Source: Octopus sinensis | Lineage: Eukaryota | Assembly: GCF_006345805.1 (NCBI RefSeq) | Contig: NC_043017.1 | Coordinates: 30,938,001-31,002,000, forward strand | Length of the DNA stretch: 64,000 bases | Direction: 5' to 3' | In this document: in pieces, positions 13,502 through 26,912 of the stretch | How positions within the stretch are numbered: the first letter of the stretch is position 1 | Layout: each line of letters opens with the position of its first letter | Position numbers and translations under genes: made by a program | Notes under the pieces: model-generated | Databases searched by the model: none | Told to the model about the DNA's origin: nothing | The model's input: the letters and a program-made list of their open reading frames with translations, nothing else

Positions 13502-13557
13502 GTTCTGCTGACGATCATTAGACGCAAGTTGTATGTGAAATCACGGTGATACAGAAC
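13502..13557 (+). ncRNA. Type I hammerhead ribozyme, second array copy
   Basis: Identical to 13033-13088, 469 nt downstream. Confidence 0.82.
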
Positions 13558-13848
13558 ATAATTCATTTTTAAATGTCTTGCTTTGAAAAACTGCATTGGG
13601 TATGATTAGTATAATTTTTGGTAGTAACGACTTTGTCCCTCCTAGTGTGAGGCATTTATGTGTAATAATGCCTTTATACAATATAGATATAATTAATTTG
13701 TTCAAAAGAAAAAAATTATTTTCGGATTCTTTTCTTTATGAGGTTTTCACGCTAGCTACCGATAATTTCTTGTTAAGATCCCTTATTAGAGATTATCCTT
13801 AATTGTTAAACTTATATATATATATATATATATATATAAATATATATA

Positions 13849-14165
13849 CGTGTCTTGAATGGGCTGGAGTATTTCTATTTTGGATGTATTTGGGGTACCT
13901 AATTGTTCTCATGACTTAGTGTTTTGCTTCTTCCATGGTATCTCATTTATTTCTTTGCCACATTTTTCACTGACGAAGGGAGGGTTCTTACGAACTAACC
14001 CTGAAATCGGTCCGATATGGTAATAATGGAATTTTTTTAGAAATGTAGTCGGCTTTCTTTTCGAGTAGCGTGCGTATTGTGAAAAATTATATGGTTATGG
14101 ACAATATGTTCAATTTCGGCATATTTGGCATTAGAAATTTTTTCGTTTGCCCTTATTTATAAGTT
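13849..14165 (+). mobile_element. (TA)n-flanked non-coding element carrying an HHR
   Basis: About 317 bp between two (TA)n tracts; no ORF; HHR in the middle. Confidence 0.55.
13964..14023 (+). ncRNA. Type I hammerhead ribozyme, canonical core
   Basis: CUGACGA (13970-13976), stem II aggg/ccct plus ggttc/gaact, GAAA, palindromic atcgg-t-ccgat, AUA site, short stem I tca/tgg. Confidence 0.72.
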
Positions 14166-15163
14166 ATATATATATATATATATATACATACATATAGATC
14201 CAAGGTTCATTACATTCAAGCAAAAGCTTTAAAAATGAGGAAATATATATTTGGGCCGTAAGTTTTCAATTGCTGTTCTTGTGTTATTGATACATATTTG
14301 ATTTGATTAAAATTGTCAAACTGAATGACTGCAAGAAGACCGCAAATCTTAGCTGCGGTTCAAAATCTATTTGTGTCACGGAAAAGATTCTGCAAACAAT
14401 CACGACTGCATTAAATTACTACAATATGAAAGGCATTTGCTAAAAGTGATATTCAACCATTTTGTGACACTGGTACACGCATGTTATCTGAAAATAGATA
14501 ATTCCTCTGAAGACAATAAAATGTCAGTGTAAACCCTTCTCGTGTGGAAGCACAAATAGTCTATTCTAGAGCAAAATAATAAAATTTCCTGCAGATGCAC
14601 GTTATCTGATTAATGCTGGCAGAAACACTGCTGGGATTAAACGTGTATTTGAAAGAGGTTCAGTTAGAGACAATTGAACAAATAGATTCTAAATATCCTC
14701 CCTTCGGCATAACTGCTCTTCATTATCTTAGTCTTGGCCCCAGAGAAAGCACAATTAGCAACATTTATGAAAAAGCACAATTTCTTCAATTCCTGATTAT
14801 GAAAATTATCACGTTGAAGCAAATCCTGTTCTTGATAGTCTGATATCGTCAACTTCTGCATCATCTACAAAGCCGCCAATTGTTCGTGTGATCCCCCCTC
14901 TTGTAATCGTTTTAATAAGGCAACGTCAAATGTTACTCTTACATCTAATTTTCAATTTCTAAATATTCTCTTCCCGATAGATTGATCATATTACTAGTCA
15001 CAACTTAACGAGTTGCCCAACACCGCCCACAATGTAACTGCTGTGGAATGCCGAGGAGAATTCGAAAACCACAAAACGATAGCGACTAACAGGATTTAGC
15101 TTTTGGTGTTGGAGTTATATCAAATTTATGATAATCTAAATAATTACTTAGTCCCATCTCTTT

Positions 15164-15182
15164 AGTAGTAGTAATAATAATA

Positions 15183-15221
<39 letters not shown>

Positions 15222-15345
15222 CAACAACAACAACAACAACAATAATAATAATAATGATAATAATAATAATAATAATAATGATAATAATAGTAATAAAATA
15301 ATAATAATAATGATAATAACAACAACAACAACAATAATAATAATA

Positions 15346-15376
<31 letters not shown>

Positions 15377-15423
15377 CAACAACAATAATAATAATAATAA
15401 TAATAACAACAACAACAATAATA

Positions 15424-15473
<50 letters not shown>

Positions 15474-15484
15474 AATAATAATAG
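15164..15484. repeat. (AAT)/(AAC)/(GAT) triplet mosaic
   Basis: Direct. Confidence 0.95.
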
Positions 15485-16224
15485 GGGAAGGCAAAAGCTA
15501 GGTATGTATTCAAGAACCGCCAACAAAAATCAACCATTTTTTAAATTCAAGGATGATCTCAAACTTTATGGTAAAGGTCAGTTCCCTCGTTGATACAGTG
15601 TATACTCTCAATGCTGATATCAGAATGGAGTTTGGACTGAGAAAGTGTGGTGTGCTAGTCTTGGAAGGAGGCAAAATTAAATTTATGGGCGGGCTATCGA
15701 TACCGTCGGGAGAGATCATGAGGAAGATAGAAAAGACGGGCTATAAGTAATTGGGGATTTTGGAAATGGATAAATTGATGGAGAAAGAAATAACTGAAAA
15801 ATTTAAGATGGAGTACTTGCGCAGACTGAGACTGATACTTAAGTCGAAAGTAAATGGCCGGAATCAGATTGAAACTATCAACACCTGGGCAGTTTCACAC
15901 CTTGGATATGGAGCAGGGGTAATTGTGTGGTCAGAAGACGAACTAAACAGCATAGACAGAAAGACAAGGAAATTGCTCACTAGATATGGGATACTCAACC
16001 CAAAATGTAACACAGACAGACTATATGTACCAAGAAAAAGTGGGGGAAGAGGACTTATTGGATGCGAACACTGCACTGGAGCAGAAGAAAACGAGATATC
16101 ATGGTATATAAAACATACGAGAGAACCGCTATTACTACAAGTAAGGTCAGGCTTGTGTAGGATGAAAGATTACAAAGATAAAGCAATATACAAGGAATTG
16201 AAAAGGAATGAGACTGAAAATGCA

Positions 16225-16228
<4 letters not shown>
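15484..16228 (+). mobile_element. R4/Dong-like non-LTR retrotransposon RT fragment (pseudogenised)
   Basis: KINHFL..FKDDLKLYGK (frameshifted), MEFGLRKCGVL, GILEMDK, INTWAVSHLGYGAGVIVW, DRLYVPRKSGGRGL; abuts an (AAT)n tract, the known Dong target. Confidence 0.85.
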
Positions 16229-16283
<55 letters not shown>

Positions 16284-16290
<7 letters not shown>

Positions 16291-16460
16291 AAATGGAAAG
16301 ATGAATTTTCTTGTTACAGATTATTCAAAAGTTTAACCGATACCTGGGTAGCAAAAATCACAGCAGAAAAAAACACGGTTGGAGATAAGACCATGTGTAG
16401 AATGTAATAAAAGGAATTCCGTACAATCTTCGTTTAACTCCATTTCTTCCATTCACTAAT
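16284..16460 (-). mobile_element. Short repeat family W flanked by (TA)n and a long direct repeat
   Basis: Homologous to 51127-51338 (atggagtt.aacga.gatt; tttgctaccc.ggtat); tgaaaatgcatgcatatatata occurs on both sides (16215 and 16475). Confidence 0.55.
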
Positions 16461-16652
16461 TATATATATATATATGAAAATGCATGCATATATATATATT
16501 TGCCATTTGAATATGGTTAACCCCTAAGGGTGGATGCTGCTGTAGTTTGTAGCCCCAAGAGGACACCTCCTTCAGCTGGCTATAGACACACTTTCTGTGT
16601 CCTATCAGTATTTGCGAAGGGAAGTCATCCTTCCCGTCTTCAACTTATGATA

Positions 16653-16697
16653 CACATGGACTCGAGTTTCAGGGTATTGACTCGTCATCGGCGTGTG
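16653..16697 (-). ncRNA. Decayed type I hammerhead, core CCGAUGA
   Basis: Minus strand: cacacg-ccgatga-cgagtcaataccct-gaa-actcgagt-c-catgtg. Stem I has one mismatch, stem III is palindromic, GUC site, stem II damaged. Confidence 0.55.
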
Positions 16698-16794
16698 GCA
16701 ATCATAGTTGTCGATGAGAATTCGGTTCCCTTCACAAATACATATACTTTTTCCAGTATCGATTGACACTGATATTGAAAAAGTGAAATCAAAC

Positions 16795-16893
16795 AATGAT
16801 AAATCTCAGAGCGAGTTATAAACAGTAGCAGCAACACATATATACGTCACGATGTGTTGCTGCTACTGTTTATAACTCGCTCTGACATTTATC

Positions 16894-16896
<3 letters not shown>
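16795..16896. repeat. 45-bp inverted repeat, one mismatch, 12-nt loop
   Basis: Arms 16795-16839 and 16852-16896 read directly. Confidence 0.95.
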
Positions 16897-16971
<75 letters not shown>

Positions 16972-18609
16972 GTGAAGAAATAAGAGACCGTTTTGATCCA
17001 GATATCATTATACAGCTGAGATAAGACATACCCTTCACTCTATTGACTATATTCTTCTTTTAGTTAGTTCTGATTAATTAGAATGTATGCTTTATCTCCT
17101 CTGAGGAGTAAGTTTGATCTAATGTTCGAAGAATTATTTCTCTTAATCACGTTTTTAATTTTCGTTAATAAATTTTGTTCTCTCTTTTATATACATAAGC
17201 ACCGAACAAGCCTTGTATTCAGTTTGGAGAAGGCAGAATGCCCATGACCCTTGCCATACTCTCTGAAACTAGTGGAAAGGAACTCTGGAGATCTAGGCAG
17301 AAAAAACTTCGACTATAATTCAAGTGTTAATTCTGGTGAGGAAATTTTATACGTTACGATTTGATTTGAACTCAAAGAGCTGAAATAAATATCATCACAA
17401 ATGACAATATCACCACAAGTCTATCGCCACCTTAATCGCTAATTTATCTATCGATCCCGTAAAGTCGGAAAATAAATTCATCTTTGACTGAAATTGCACG
17501 CTGAACAGAAAAGGTCGGCAGAATTACGGCTAAGTATTTCATGAAACACTATCAAAGCTCAGCCAGTTCCTCATATGATGGGGCAATATATTTTCTTTCT
17601 TCAGTATTTAAAGAAATCAGCAGACAGCCATGGCTGATTTCCAATTTCCGTCTACTTTCAAGTTGCTAAACTCCAAATTCTAAATGTACAACGCTTCTCT
17701 TCACGTAAAATAATGTACGCTCTACCGGGTTAGGTATAATAAAGCTAAAACACGCTTGCCACATTTGTCTAAATAATTTAAATTACATTTATCATTAACT
17801 AATATATTTTGTATTTATCGCCATATAATTGCATTTACCTAACTTCTGTACGCTCGAGGTATAAAATATGGTATTACTAATTAGATTAAGAATATTAAGT
17901 TTTAATTCTCAATATAACTCTTTCAAATTTAACAATGTTCGACATTTCTTCGTTTTTGCATTTGTTTTTTTTTTTTCTTTTGGGTTTTTGTTTGTGGGAC
18001 GTTTATTTCTATTGCAATCATCATTTGGCAAGAGACTGAAGAAAGCTGTAATAACGGTTACGGAATGGGAAAAGGAAATAGGCTCCACAAGTATATATGT
18101 CAGAGAGTGTAAGAAATATTGCCGCCTTGAACTCCAATAAATAACACAGCGCAGCAATAACGGCATCAACAGGGGAATCTCTGGGAATTTGTGTGAATTA
18201 TTGTAGAGAGCCACCAACTTTCACTTGTGTTATTTTAACCCTCTGAGAAAAGAAAGTCACATTCGATAGGCATAAGAAAAGTTTGGTTGGACAAAGCTAC
18301 ATGGACGACATTGGAAGCATATTGCTCATAATGCATCTTGATCTCAGATCAGTTGGAGTTAAAAACAGAATAGTAGTGGAATGAGTATTTTAATAAGATG
18401 TTTGACACAAATCGTAAACCATTCCTACGGTTTCTGTTTCCAAACAGAGAGTTAAAACTCTAAGATTAGGGTCTCCAATTAAAAGTCAAGCTTCGAAGCA
18501 ATCTATAGGTGATCATTAGACCTGCTAATTACGTCAGTCTTAAGGATTTTAAGACTCTAAGCTACTAAAATTGCTTTAAGTTATGGCAGAAGGTCAGCAG
18601 CTTCGGAAG

Positions 18610-19085
18610 AGGGAATACGTCGATTACATCCATTTCGATATTAAAGAGGTGTTTATTTTCGCGAACCGATGCAAAACAAAATCGACCGTGGTGGAATCTG
18701 AACTCAGAACGTAGAGGCTGATTGAATGCTGCTAAGCATTTTACCCGGGCTGCTAACGATTCTGCCAGCTCGGTACTTTAAATGGAAAATATAATATTGA
18801 TTTAAAACTTTAACACACGTGTATTAAGTTATTTTTTGTGGGGCTTGGGGTGGGTTATAAATCAATTACATCCCCCCCTCCCCATTACCCAACTGGTACT
18901 TATCTTATCGACCTTGAGAAGATGAAAGGCGAAGTCAACCTTGGTGGAATTTGAACTCAGAACGCAAACTTGGACCATAAACTTGATTTCAAATTTTGGC
19001 GCAAGGCCAGAAGATTCGAAGTGGAAAAGTCGATTACATTGACTATCATGCTCAACTGGTACTTATTTTATCAACCCCAAAGAGA
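18610..19085 (-). mobile_element. Cluster of degenerate SINE-B fragments
   Basis: Repeated ggtggaatttgaactcagaacg, cgattacat and actggtactta motifs. Confidence 0.7.
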
Positions 19086-19740
19086 TCCGGGCGTGTTATA
19101 ATAATTGTGAGTGTATAAAAATTAACGTGTTTCTCTGTCTTATTTTATGAAGACATTTGCGTAATTTGGACATTTGAAAGTTACATATATATTTTTATAT
19201 ATATATATGAAAGAAATTTATTTGTAAATGCTCTGATACTCGCCTGAGGCTACGATATAATAAATACTGGGGACAGGGGTATAGTACGGCGAGGTTAATA
19301 CTGGAATTGTGGTGCTGCCAACCAAATGTCTTAGCAATAGCCCTATTCTTGTGGGCAAATTTTTTATGGTACTATACGTACATTTTGGGGGCTTGAACTG
19401 TCTTTGCAATTAGAATTACATAATTTTAGGTTTCTTTCTTCCGACTGCTTGGTAATTTTCGCAAATGCATTACTTTTATTTAAATTTTGTTGATGGAAAC
19501 TGTAGCGAAGCATGTCTGAGTGTATTTACAGTACAATGGTGATCTAACCACTCTCTGTTTCATATTACCACTTTGCTTTTAAGTGTTTAAGTGAAAACAA
19601 TTAGGTTTGAGATATTTGTCTAAGTCTTCGATCTGAGTAAAGCTATATGCGCTGCTCCATGCTACATCAACACGAGTCTCGAAATCATTTTCAGAAAGTG
19701 TGTAAGGTTTTCGGGACAAAAATTCTTCTGTCAATAAGAC

Positions 19741-19952
19741 GGCGGCGAGTTGGAAGTATTGTTAGCACGCAGGGCAAAATGCTTTGCGGTATTTCGTCCG
19801 TCCTTACATTCTGAGTTCAAATTCCGCCTGGGTCGATTTACCTTTCATCTTTCTGGGGTGGATAAAACAAGTTTCAGTCCAGCAGTAGGGACGACGTAAT
19901 GAAATTGGCCCCTTCCCCGAAATTGCTGGCTTTTGTGCCATAATTTGAAACC
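19741..19952 (+). mobile_element. SINE family B-related copy
   Basis: ggcggcgagttgg head and ttctgagttcaaattccgcc. Confidence 0.8.
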
Positions 19953-20877
19953 AACATGATAATCTTAAGGGATAGCTCCTTATAATACTGTACTGTATGA
20001 TACTTTTATGACGCATCTTACTCTCATATTAAAATAGACATAGCAGAAGTGAAATAAAGGCAGTGTTTCACGAACTGTTCATTATTAAATCCTTTATACA
20101 TTTATATTAAAGATACCAAATGATACTACGACTGATAAAAATAACAGTGATACTTTTGGACTAAATTTAACAGAATATCCGCATTCGATTGCTAAAGTAA
20201 TATTTTTCTAAGTCACACAAATCAATATTGAAACATATCTGATTAACATCTTCAAAGCAATGGAACCGGGTCAAAAATAATGTCAAACATAATTAATTTA
20301 ACTTAGAAGTGATGTTCTAATTAAAAAGGAACTATAGAAATCCATAAAGTATATTTCCAATTATTTACGCCATAGAATATTCTACTTTCAGGAATTACCG
20401 TACAAATTCTGCACTAATAAACGTGGATAGATATAAAAGCTTTTAAAAGAGCGCTTCATTTTCACTTCTAATCACAGATGAATATATATTTGTTTAAACA
20501 ATTTTTAGGTGTACAATTTTCTCTAAATGCCATGTCTGTAAATTACTGCTGAGTGTATTAATTATGTATCGATGCATTAATCATATATTTATTGGTATAT
20601 TAGTAGTCTTAACACATATGTGTTGGAATGAATGAAAGAGTAATGTTTTTCATGGACGTTTGCTGATCATTCATACGATAATTCTTAAATGAACTGATTA
20701 GGGAATGTAGAATACAGTGCACCATCAGTACACATGAACACACAGTTTATGCGTATGTTACGATGAAAATTAACCACTAACAAAAGATATATTGCCTACA
20801 AAATCAGTAATGTAGGCGGATTACATAATATTAGGTATTTTACCAATTGTGCTAACGAGTCACAAAATATATATTAA

Positions 20878-20885
20878 TCTATATA

Positions 20886-20945
<60 letters not shown>

Positions 20946-20966
20946 GATAGATAGATAGATAGATAT

Positions 20967-21001
<35 letters not shown>

Positions 21002-21025
21002 TATAGATAGATAGATATAGATAGA
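20878..21025. repeat. (TA)n + (GATA)n
   Basis: Direct. Confidence 0.95.
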
Positions 21026-21195
21026 AAGTTAGGTATACCAATTATATACTATTTATATATTATTTTGTACTTTAAATACTTATAGGTGTATGTTTTATCG
21101 TATATTCAATTTTTCTAATTTATATACATATATTATACACACACACACACACATATATATACATATGTGTATATATATATACACACACACATATG

Positions 21196-21240
<45 letters not shown>

Positions 21241-21554
21241 CACAGAATGTGTGTCGTGTGTGTATTTGTCATGTCGCTATAACTCGCGATCCACCCAACC
21301 GATTTCAGTGAAATTTTACACATGGAGTGTCGTGGGCCAAAACAATCTTCAACTTCTTCCCTAATGCAGGTCCAAGGGCAGATAAATCACATATTAAAAG
21401 TATTTTCGCAGGGTTAAGGCTCGGGACTTGAAGAGTACCCAGTCGTTTTCCTCCAAATTTTCAACAAACATTAATCGGGGTCCACATATTCCTGTTTTTA
21501 GTTGTAGCGTTTTGTTGCGGTGCTCGAGTAAATATTAAGCTCAGAAGTCTTCTC

Positions 21555-21987
21555 GGATCTTTTCAGTTTGAACGGCAGTTTTTAACATAATTTCTAGGTA
21601 ACTAAAAAATTTTAAACTTCGTAAACTGGTAGAATGTGTTTAGAAAACAACTTTTTCTCTTGGCTTTATTGAGAAAATTCTATAGTTTGTAAGATATTTT
21701 GTTGTTTTTTGTTCTTCAATTTCTGCAATTTCAACCAATCAGTGACGTCTATTGAGTTAAAAAGCATTCTGTGCCGTATGAATATGTCCCACGTTTAAGA
21801 AACAGATTGGGTTTATTTACATTTGGGAAGAAAAAAGATACCCTTCCACCACCCCTAACCCTAACCCTATATAACCCTAGCCCTAAAAGACATTGAAATG
21901 CAATAGATCGATACTAGGGTCATAATTATGGGTGACAATTTCATATGACACCACTAGAAAAAACTACCGTTCAAACTGAAAAGATCC
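21555..21987. mobile_element. MITE, ~28-bp TIRs, 8-bp TSD gtcttctc
   Basis: TIRs ggatcttttcagtttgaacggcagtttt / aaaactaccgttcaaactgaaaagatcc; internal cctaaccctaaccct; second copy at 34651-35077. Confidence 0.9.
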
Positions 21988-23691
21988 GTCTTCTCTCCCT
22001 AAATATCGCATCTTGTCAAGCATGTTGTATCAAGGAGTATATGATCAGAAATATTAAAAAATCCAAAATAGAAAAAAAAATCCAAGCCGGTGCCCCAACA
22101 TGACCGCAGTCTCATGACTGAAACAAATAATAGGAGATATAAGATATATGTATACACAAGCACACACATATACCTCTTTTTATATCCTTATACGAGTATA
22201 TATGGTTATGTGTAAATGTGTGCGTGTGTGCACTCGTATGTGTATACACACACGCGCGCACATGCGTCTTCATCTTTTCATATATTTATAGATACACACA
22301 TATATATTTTGTGTATGTGTGTGTATGATTTATATCTATGTTTGTGTGTGCGTGTCTGCCAGTGACTAAGTGTATGCGTGCTTGTATTTTTAGACCGTTT
22401 TTGTGGAAGCAGAAAAATATAATAAATCCTAAAATTAAAAAATGGAATTTTATTTTACTGAAAGTAAATTTTTTACAGCATGACAGTCAAAATATTTGCT
22501 CTCAGATCGTTTGTCAAGAAAAAATATATCTCGAGACATATTGTTATCAGGAATCTAGAGGAAATATTTAAGCAGTTAGATAACTTGTAAATTGAAAATA
22601 ATATATAGTATTCGGTTAAAATACTTGATATTCAGGGGTAATATGGCGTTGTAGAAAAGACTAGAACAGAATGTGAGGGAAATGGAATTATGATGACTAG
22701 AGCAAAATGGAAGCCAAATCAACAAATATCAGATGAAAAGGAGACTTTAAACTAATGTTTGTGTGTGCTTGTTTGCGTGTGTATATGTATGAGAGAGAGA
22801 GAGAGTGTGTGTGTGTGTTTGTGTGTGTGTATGTACTTGTGAGTGTGTGTCTATGTGTACTGGCCTAAAACAAAGAGGATGAAAAATAAGGCGTATTTTC
22901 AAAGCTTGAATTAAAGAGAACGTTTAGTAATGTAATTCCAAACAGGGAAAGTTGGATCAAATAACAAAGGCGATGGTAGAGATTGGAAAATTAATTTTGT
23001 AAGCAACATATGAAATTTTATAAAATCTCCGAGTGTTGATACCATCCGTTTGTACTTTTATTGTTATGATTGATTTCTTGAGTCCATTTTTTATTGTCGT
23101 ACTAATACCATTCTGAATCCATTTCCATTTGTTTTCATCTTTTTCTAATTCTTTTTTTCTTTTATCTTTTTTTTGCAAGACAGTTGTTTTATTTATGAAT
23201 GCATACATAAAATTCTTTTAGGTCGTGTATACTTTACGATGATTTTTATGAAACTGGGTGAGCAGCTCTACCCATATAAATAGCTACCAGTTGAGGCTCA
23301 CAACTGGTACATTAGTAATAAAACGATACATTTTTTTTATACCCGAACCAGCTTTGACGATGCAAAATTTAAGTCAAGGACAGATTGTACTCAACCTCAA
23401 CAACACTCATAACCAAGTACAACAGGCACAAAAATAATAAGAAGCAACATCTCTGCCTTATTCACGTCAGTATGTTATACATCAGAGTAAACCGGTCTTC
23501 GAGAAACTTATTACAGAAATGGTAGATTTATTCTCTGTTAGTCATCTTACGTTGCACTGGAACTCAAACTGAAATTCTGCACCGAAAAAGCAGAGTTTCA
23601 AATGGCGATTTAACTCTTAGGATTAAATTACTTGAAATGCTCGTGGATGGTCCACAAGGAATTAGTGAACAGTTTCCGAGCTTCTAATTTC

Positions 23692-24000
23692 TTTTATTCT
23701 TTTACTTGCTCTAGTAATTTGACTGCGGCCATGTTGGAGCACCGCTTTTAGTCGAACAAATCGACCTCAAGACTTATTCCTTTTAAGCCTAGTACTTCTT
23801 TTATCGGTATCTTTAACTGAACCACCAAGTTACGGGGACGTAAACACACCAGACGTGGTTGTCAAGCAATGGTGGGTGCCAAATACAGACACACAAGTAG
23901 TTTTCGTCCACCAAATCCACTCAGAAAGATTTTGTCGGCCCGGGGCTATAGTAGAAGACACCTTCCGGAGGTGCCATGTGGTTGTGAAGCAAGCTTCTTA
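23692..24000 (-). mobile_element. SINE family A, degenerate
   Basis: gactgcggccatgttggagcaccgc ... ggcccggggctatagtagaagacac. Confidence 0.85.
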
Positions 24001-25249
24001 TCAAAGAACTACGCTTGCGACGGTCAAAGGACATCAAACATTCTACTTTTCAAGTGTAACAGATATTTCAGCAACAAATTGTTTAAAAATTAATTGTGTG
24101 CGAAAATTATCCCTCATTAATGGTTTTTCATATTTACTAAATTTGGGACTTTGTCAGTTAGAAATATCGGCGAAACCTCTCCCAAAATATCGTGCAATAA
24201 TAATTTATAAAAAGAAAGAAGTTGAATAAATTTGGTTAGATGTATAATGTTCCTGGCAAATAATGGACGGGAAAAAAATAAAACATTTGTACATCAGTTT
24301 GCCGAAGCAATGAGCAAGCAGAGATAGGAAGATCACCTATTGTTATACATCTACATGCACAATGATTATTGCCAATGAAATCAAAAATTTTATCTTCAAT
24401 TGCAAAGTGTAAGTGAAGCACAACAGCTCAACGTAGACGCGAACCTGTTTCAGTAAAAAAAAAAGATCTGTGAATGTTTGCGTTGCTCTACTGTATGAAA
24501 AACCGTTATGATGCATTCTTCAAAATATGCAGATATATAAAACTAAAAAAAAAAAAGAATATAATTGAAAAAGAACAACTAAAAATAATACATATATATA
24601 CACATACGCACACACACAGATGATACTCTTCGATAAGAGAAATATTCTAAATTGAAATATTATTCTGACTATCCATGCATATTCATAAATATTTTGATAA
24701 GGGTTAAACTAAGCTGTATTCCTGCTTCTCAATTATTTTGAACAAATGAAAACAAAACACTTTCCTAATACTCGTCTCAATAGCACCCAGCCACTAAATA
24801 ACCAACCCAACGAGGAATAAAACAGAAAATATTTCACCAACAGAAAAAAATACCAAGACATGTTGCAATAGCTTCGATGTTGAATAATGGAATTATGTAC
24901 TGTGATTTTGTTCTTGTTACATAATCATCTCATCAATATTTTAATTGACTCCCTGGGCCAGAAAAGCTCCCACAAGATTGTATGCACGCCAAAATAAAGC
25001 CGAGCGCATATTTGGTCCACCTAGTAATTCATCTTTTTTTTCTTTCGGTTTTGGTCGTCATGTTTCTGTTCGTTACTATCACAGGGTAACGGAGATGTTT
25101 TTTTGATGTTATCGTTATTAACATCATAATCATCTTCATCGTTATTAACGCCTTGTCATTGCGTCATCATTGTGATCGTTGTCGTCGTCGTCGTCATCAC
25201 CCCCAAAACAACAATTTGTTATTAGGAGTCCCTTTTACGAGACAGTCGT

Positions 25250-25370
25250 CGATGAAGGTGACGATGATGATGATGATGATGATGATGAGATGATGATGAT
25301 GGTGATGATGATGATGATGATGATGGTGATGATGATGGTGATGATGATGATGATGGTGATGATGATGGTG

Positions 25371-25402
<32 letters not shown>

Positions 25403-25428
25403 GATGATGATGATGATGGTGATGATGG

Positions 25429-25469
<41 letters not shown>

Positions 25470-25508
25470 GTGATGTTGATGATGATGATGATGATGATGA
25501 TGATGAGG

Positions 25509-25540
<32 letters not shown>

Positions 25541-25556
25541 GATGATGATGATGATG

Positions 25557-25606
<50 letters not shown>

Positions 25607-25619
25607 GTGATGATGATGG

Positions 25620-25654
<35 letters not shown>

Positions 25655-26153
25655 ATGGTGATGATGTTGATGTTGATGATGATGATGCTGATGATGCTGA
25701 TGATACTGTTGACGCTGATGATGATGATGGTGATGATGAAGATGATGACGATGGTGGTGGTGATGATGGTAATGCTAATGCTGCTACGGCTGCTGCTGCT
25801 GCTGCTGATGGTGGTGGTGATGGTGATGGTGATGATGGTGAGACACATGGTGCTGCTGCTGATGATGATGATGATCATGATCATGATGCTTATGGTGATA
25901 GTGATGATGATCATTATGATGATGATGATAATGATAATGACGACGACGACAACGACGACGAGGTGGAGGAGGATGATGATGACAGTGATGGTGATGCTAC
26001 TTCCGATGTGCAAATTTACTAATTTCAATAATTTTGCTATCATTATCACTAATATATTGATTATTATTATTGTTATTATTACTATTATTATTATTATTAT
26101 TATTACTATTATCATCATCAGCATCATCATCATCATAATTATTATTTTTATTA

Positions 26154-26196
<43 letters not shown>

Positions 26197-26334
26197 CATT
26201 ATTATTATCATTATCATCATCATCATCATCATCATCATTATTATTATTATTATATTATTATTATTATTATTATTATTATTATCATTATTATTATATTATT
26301 ATTATTATTATCATCATCATCATCATCATCATCA

Positions 26335-26383
<49 letters not shown>

Positions 26384-26416
26384 CATTATTATTATTATTA
26401 TTATCTTTTAATTCCT

Positions 26417-26485
<69 letters not shown>

Positions 26486-26855
26486 TGTAGTAGTAGTAGT
26501 ATTAGTAGAAGTGGAATTATGTTCAGTGTTTACATTTTCACACCCTGTCAATTGGTTACACGTTAATAGAATTTAATTCCGGGTAGATGTTACTCAACAT
26601 GAATAATTAATATTGGCCCATGGCTGTCAAATTATAATGATGATGACGATGATGATGGCGATGATGGGGATGATGATGATGATAATGATGATGATGATGA
26701 TGATGATGATAATGATGATGATGACGATGATGATTATGATAGCGGTGGTGATGTTGATGGTGATGGTGATGATGTTGATGATGATGGTGATGATGATGAT
26801 GATGATGATTATGATGATGATGGTGGTGGTGGTGATGATGATGCTGATGATGATG

Positions 26856-26912
<57 letters not shown>

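Larger units (their letters stand above)
12664..13813 (+). repeat. Head-to-tail array of a 467-469 bp HHR-containing unit (2.45 copies)
   Basis: Units start with gtatgattagtataa at 12664, 13131 and 13600; (TA)n on both sides. Confidence 0.92.
16505..16896 (-). mobile_element. (TA)n-flanked non-coding element with HHR-like motif and terminal 45-bp fold-back
   Basis: See the two sub-features below. Confidence 0.5.

Noticed and set aside
12664-13813. Tandem unit as a CRISPR array or protein-coding repeat
   Set aside because: The whole units are near-identical with no unique spacers, the context is eukaryotic, and the ORFs are short and not preserved between copies.
14330-15100. Coding-like composition with a cctgcag acceptor
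   Set aside because: All frames are interrupted and no family motif was recognised.
20112-20195. Possible short exon IPNDTTTDKNNSDTFGLNLTEYPHSIAK
   Set aside because: Weak splice signals and too short to support without RNA data.
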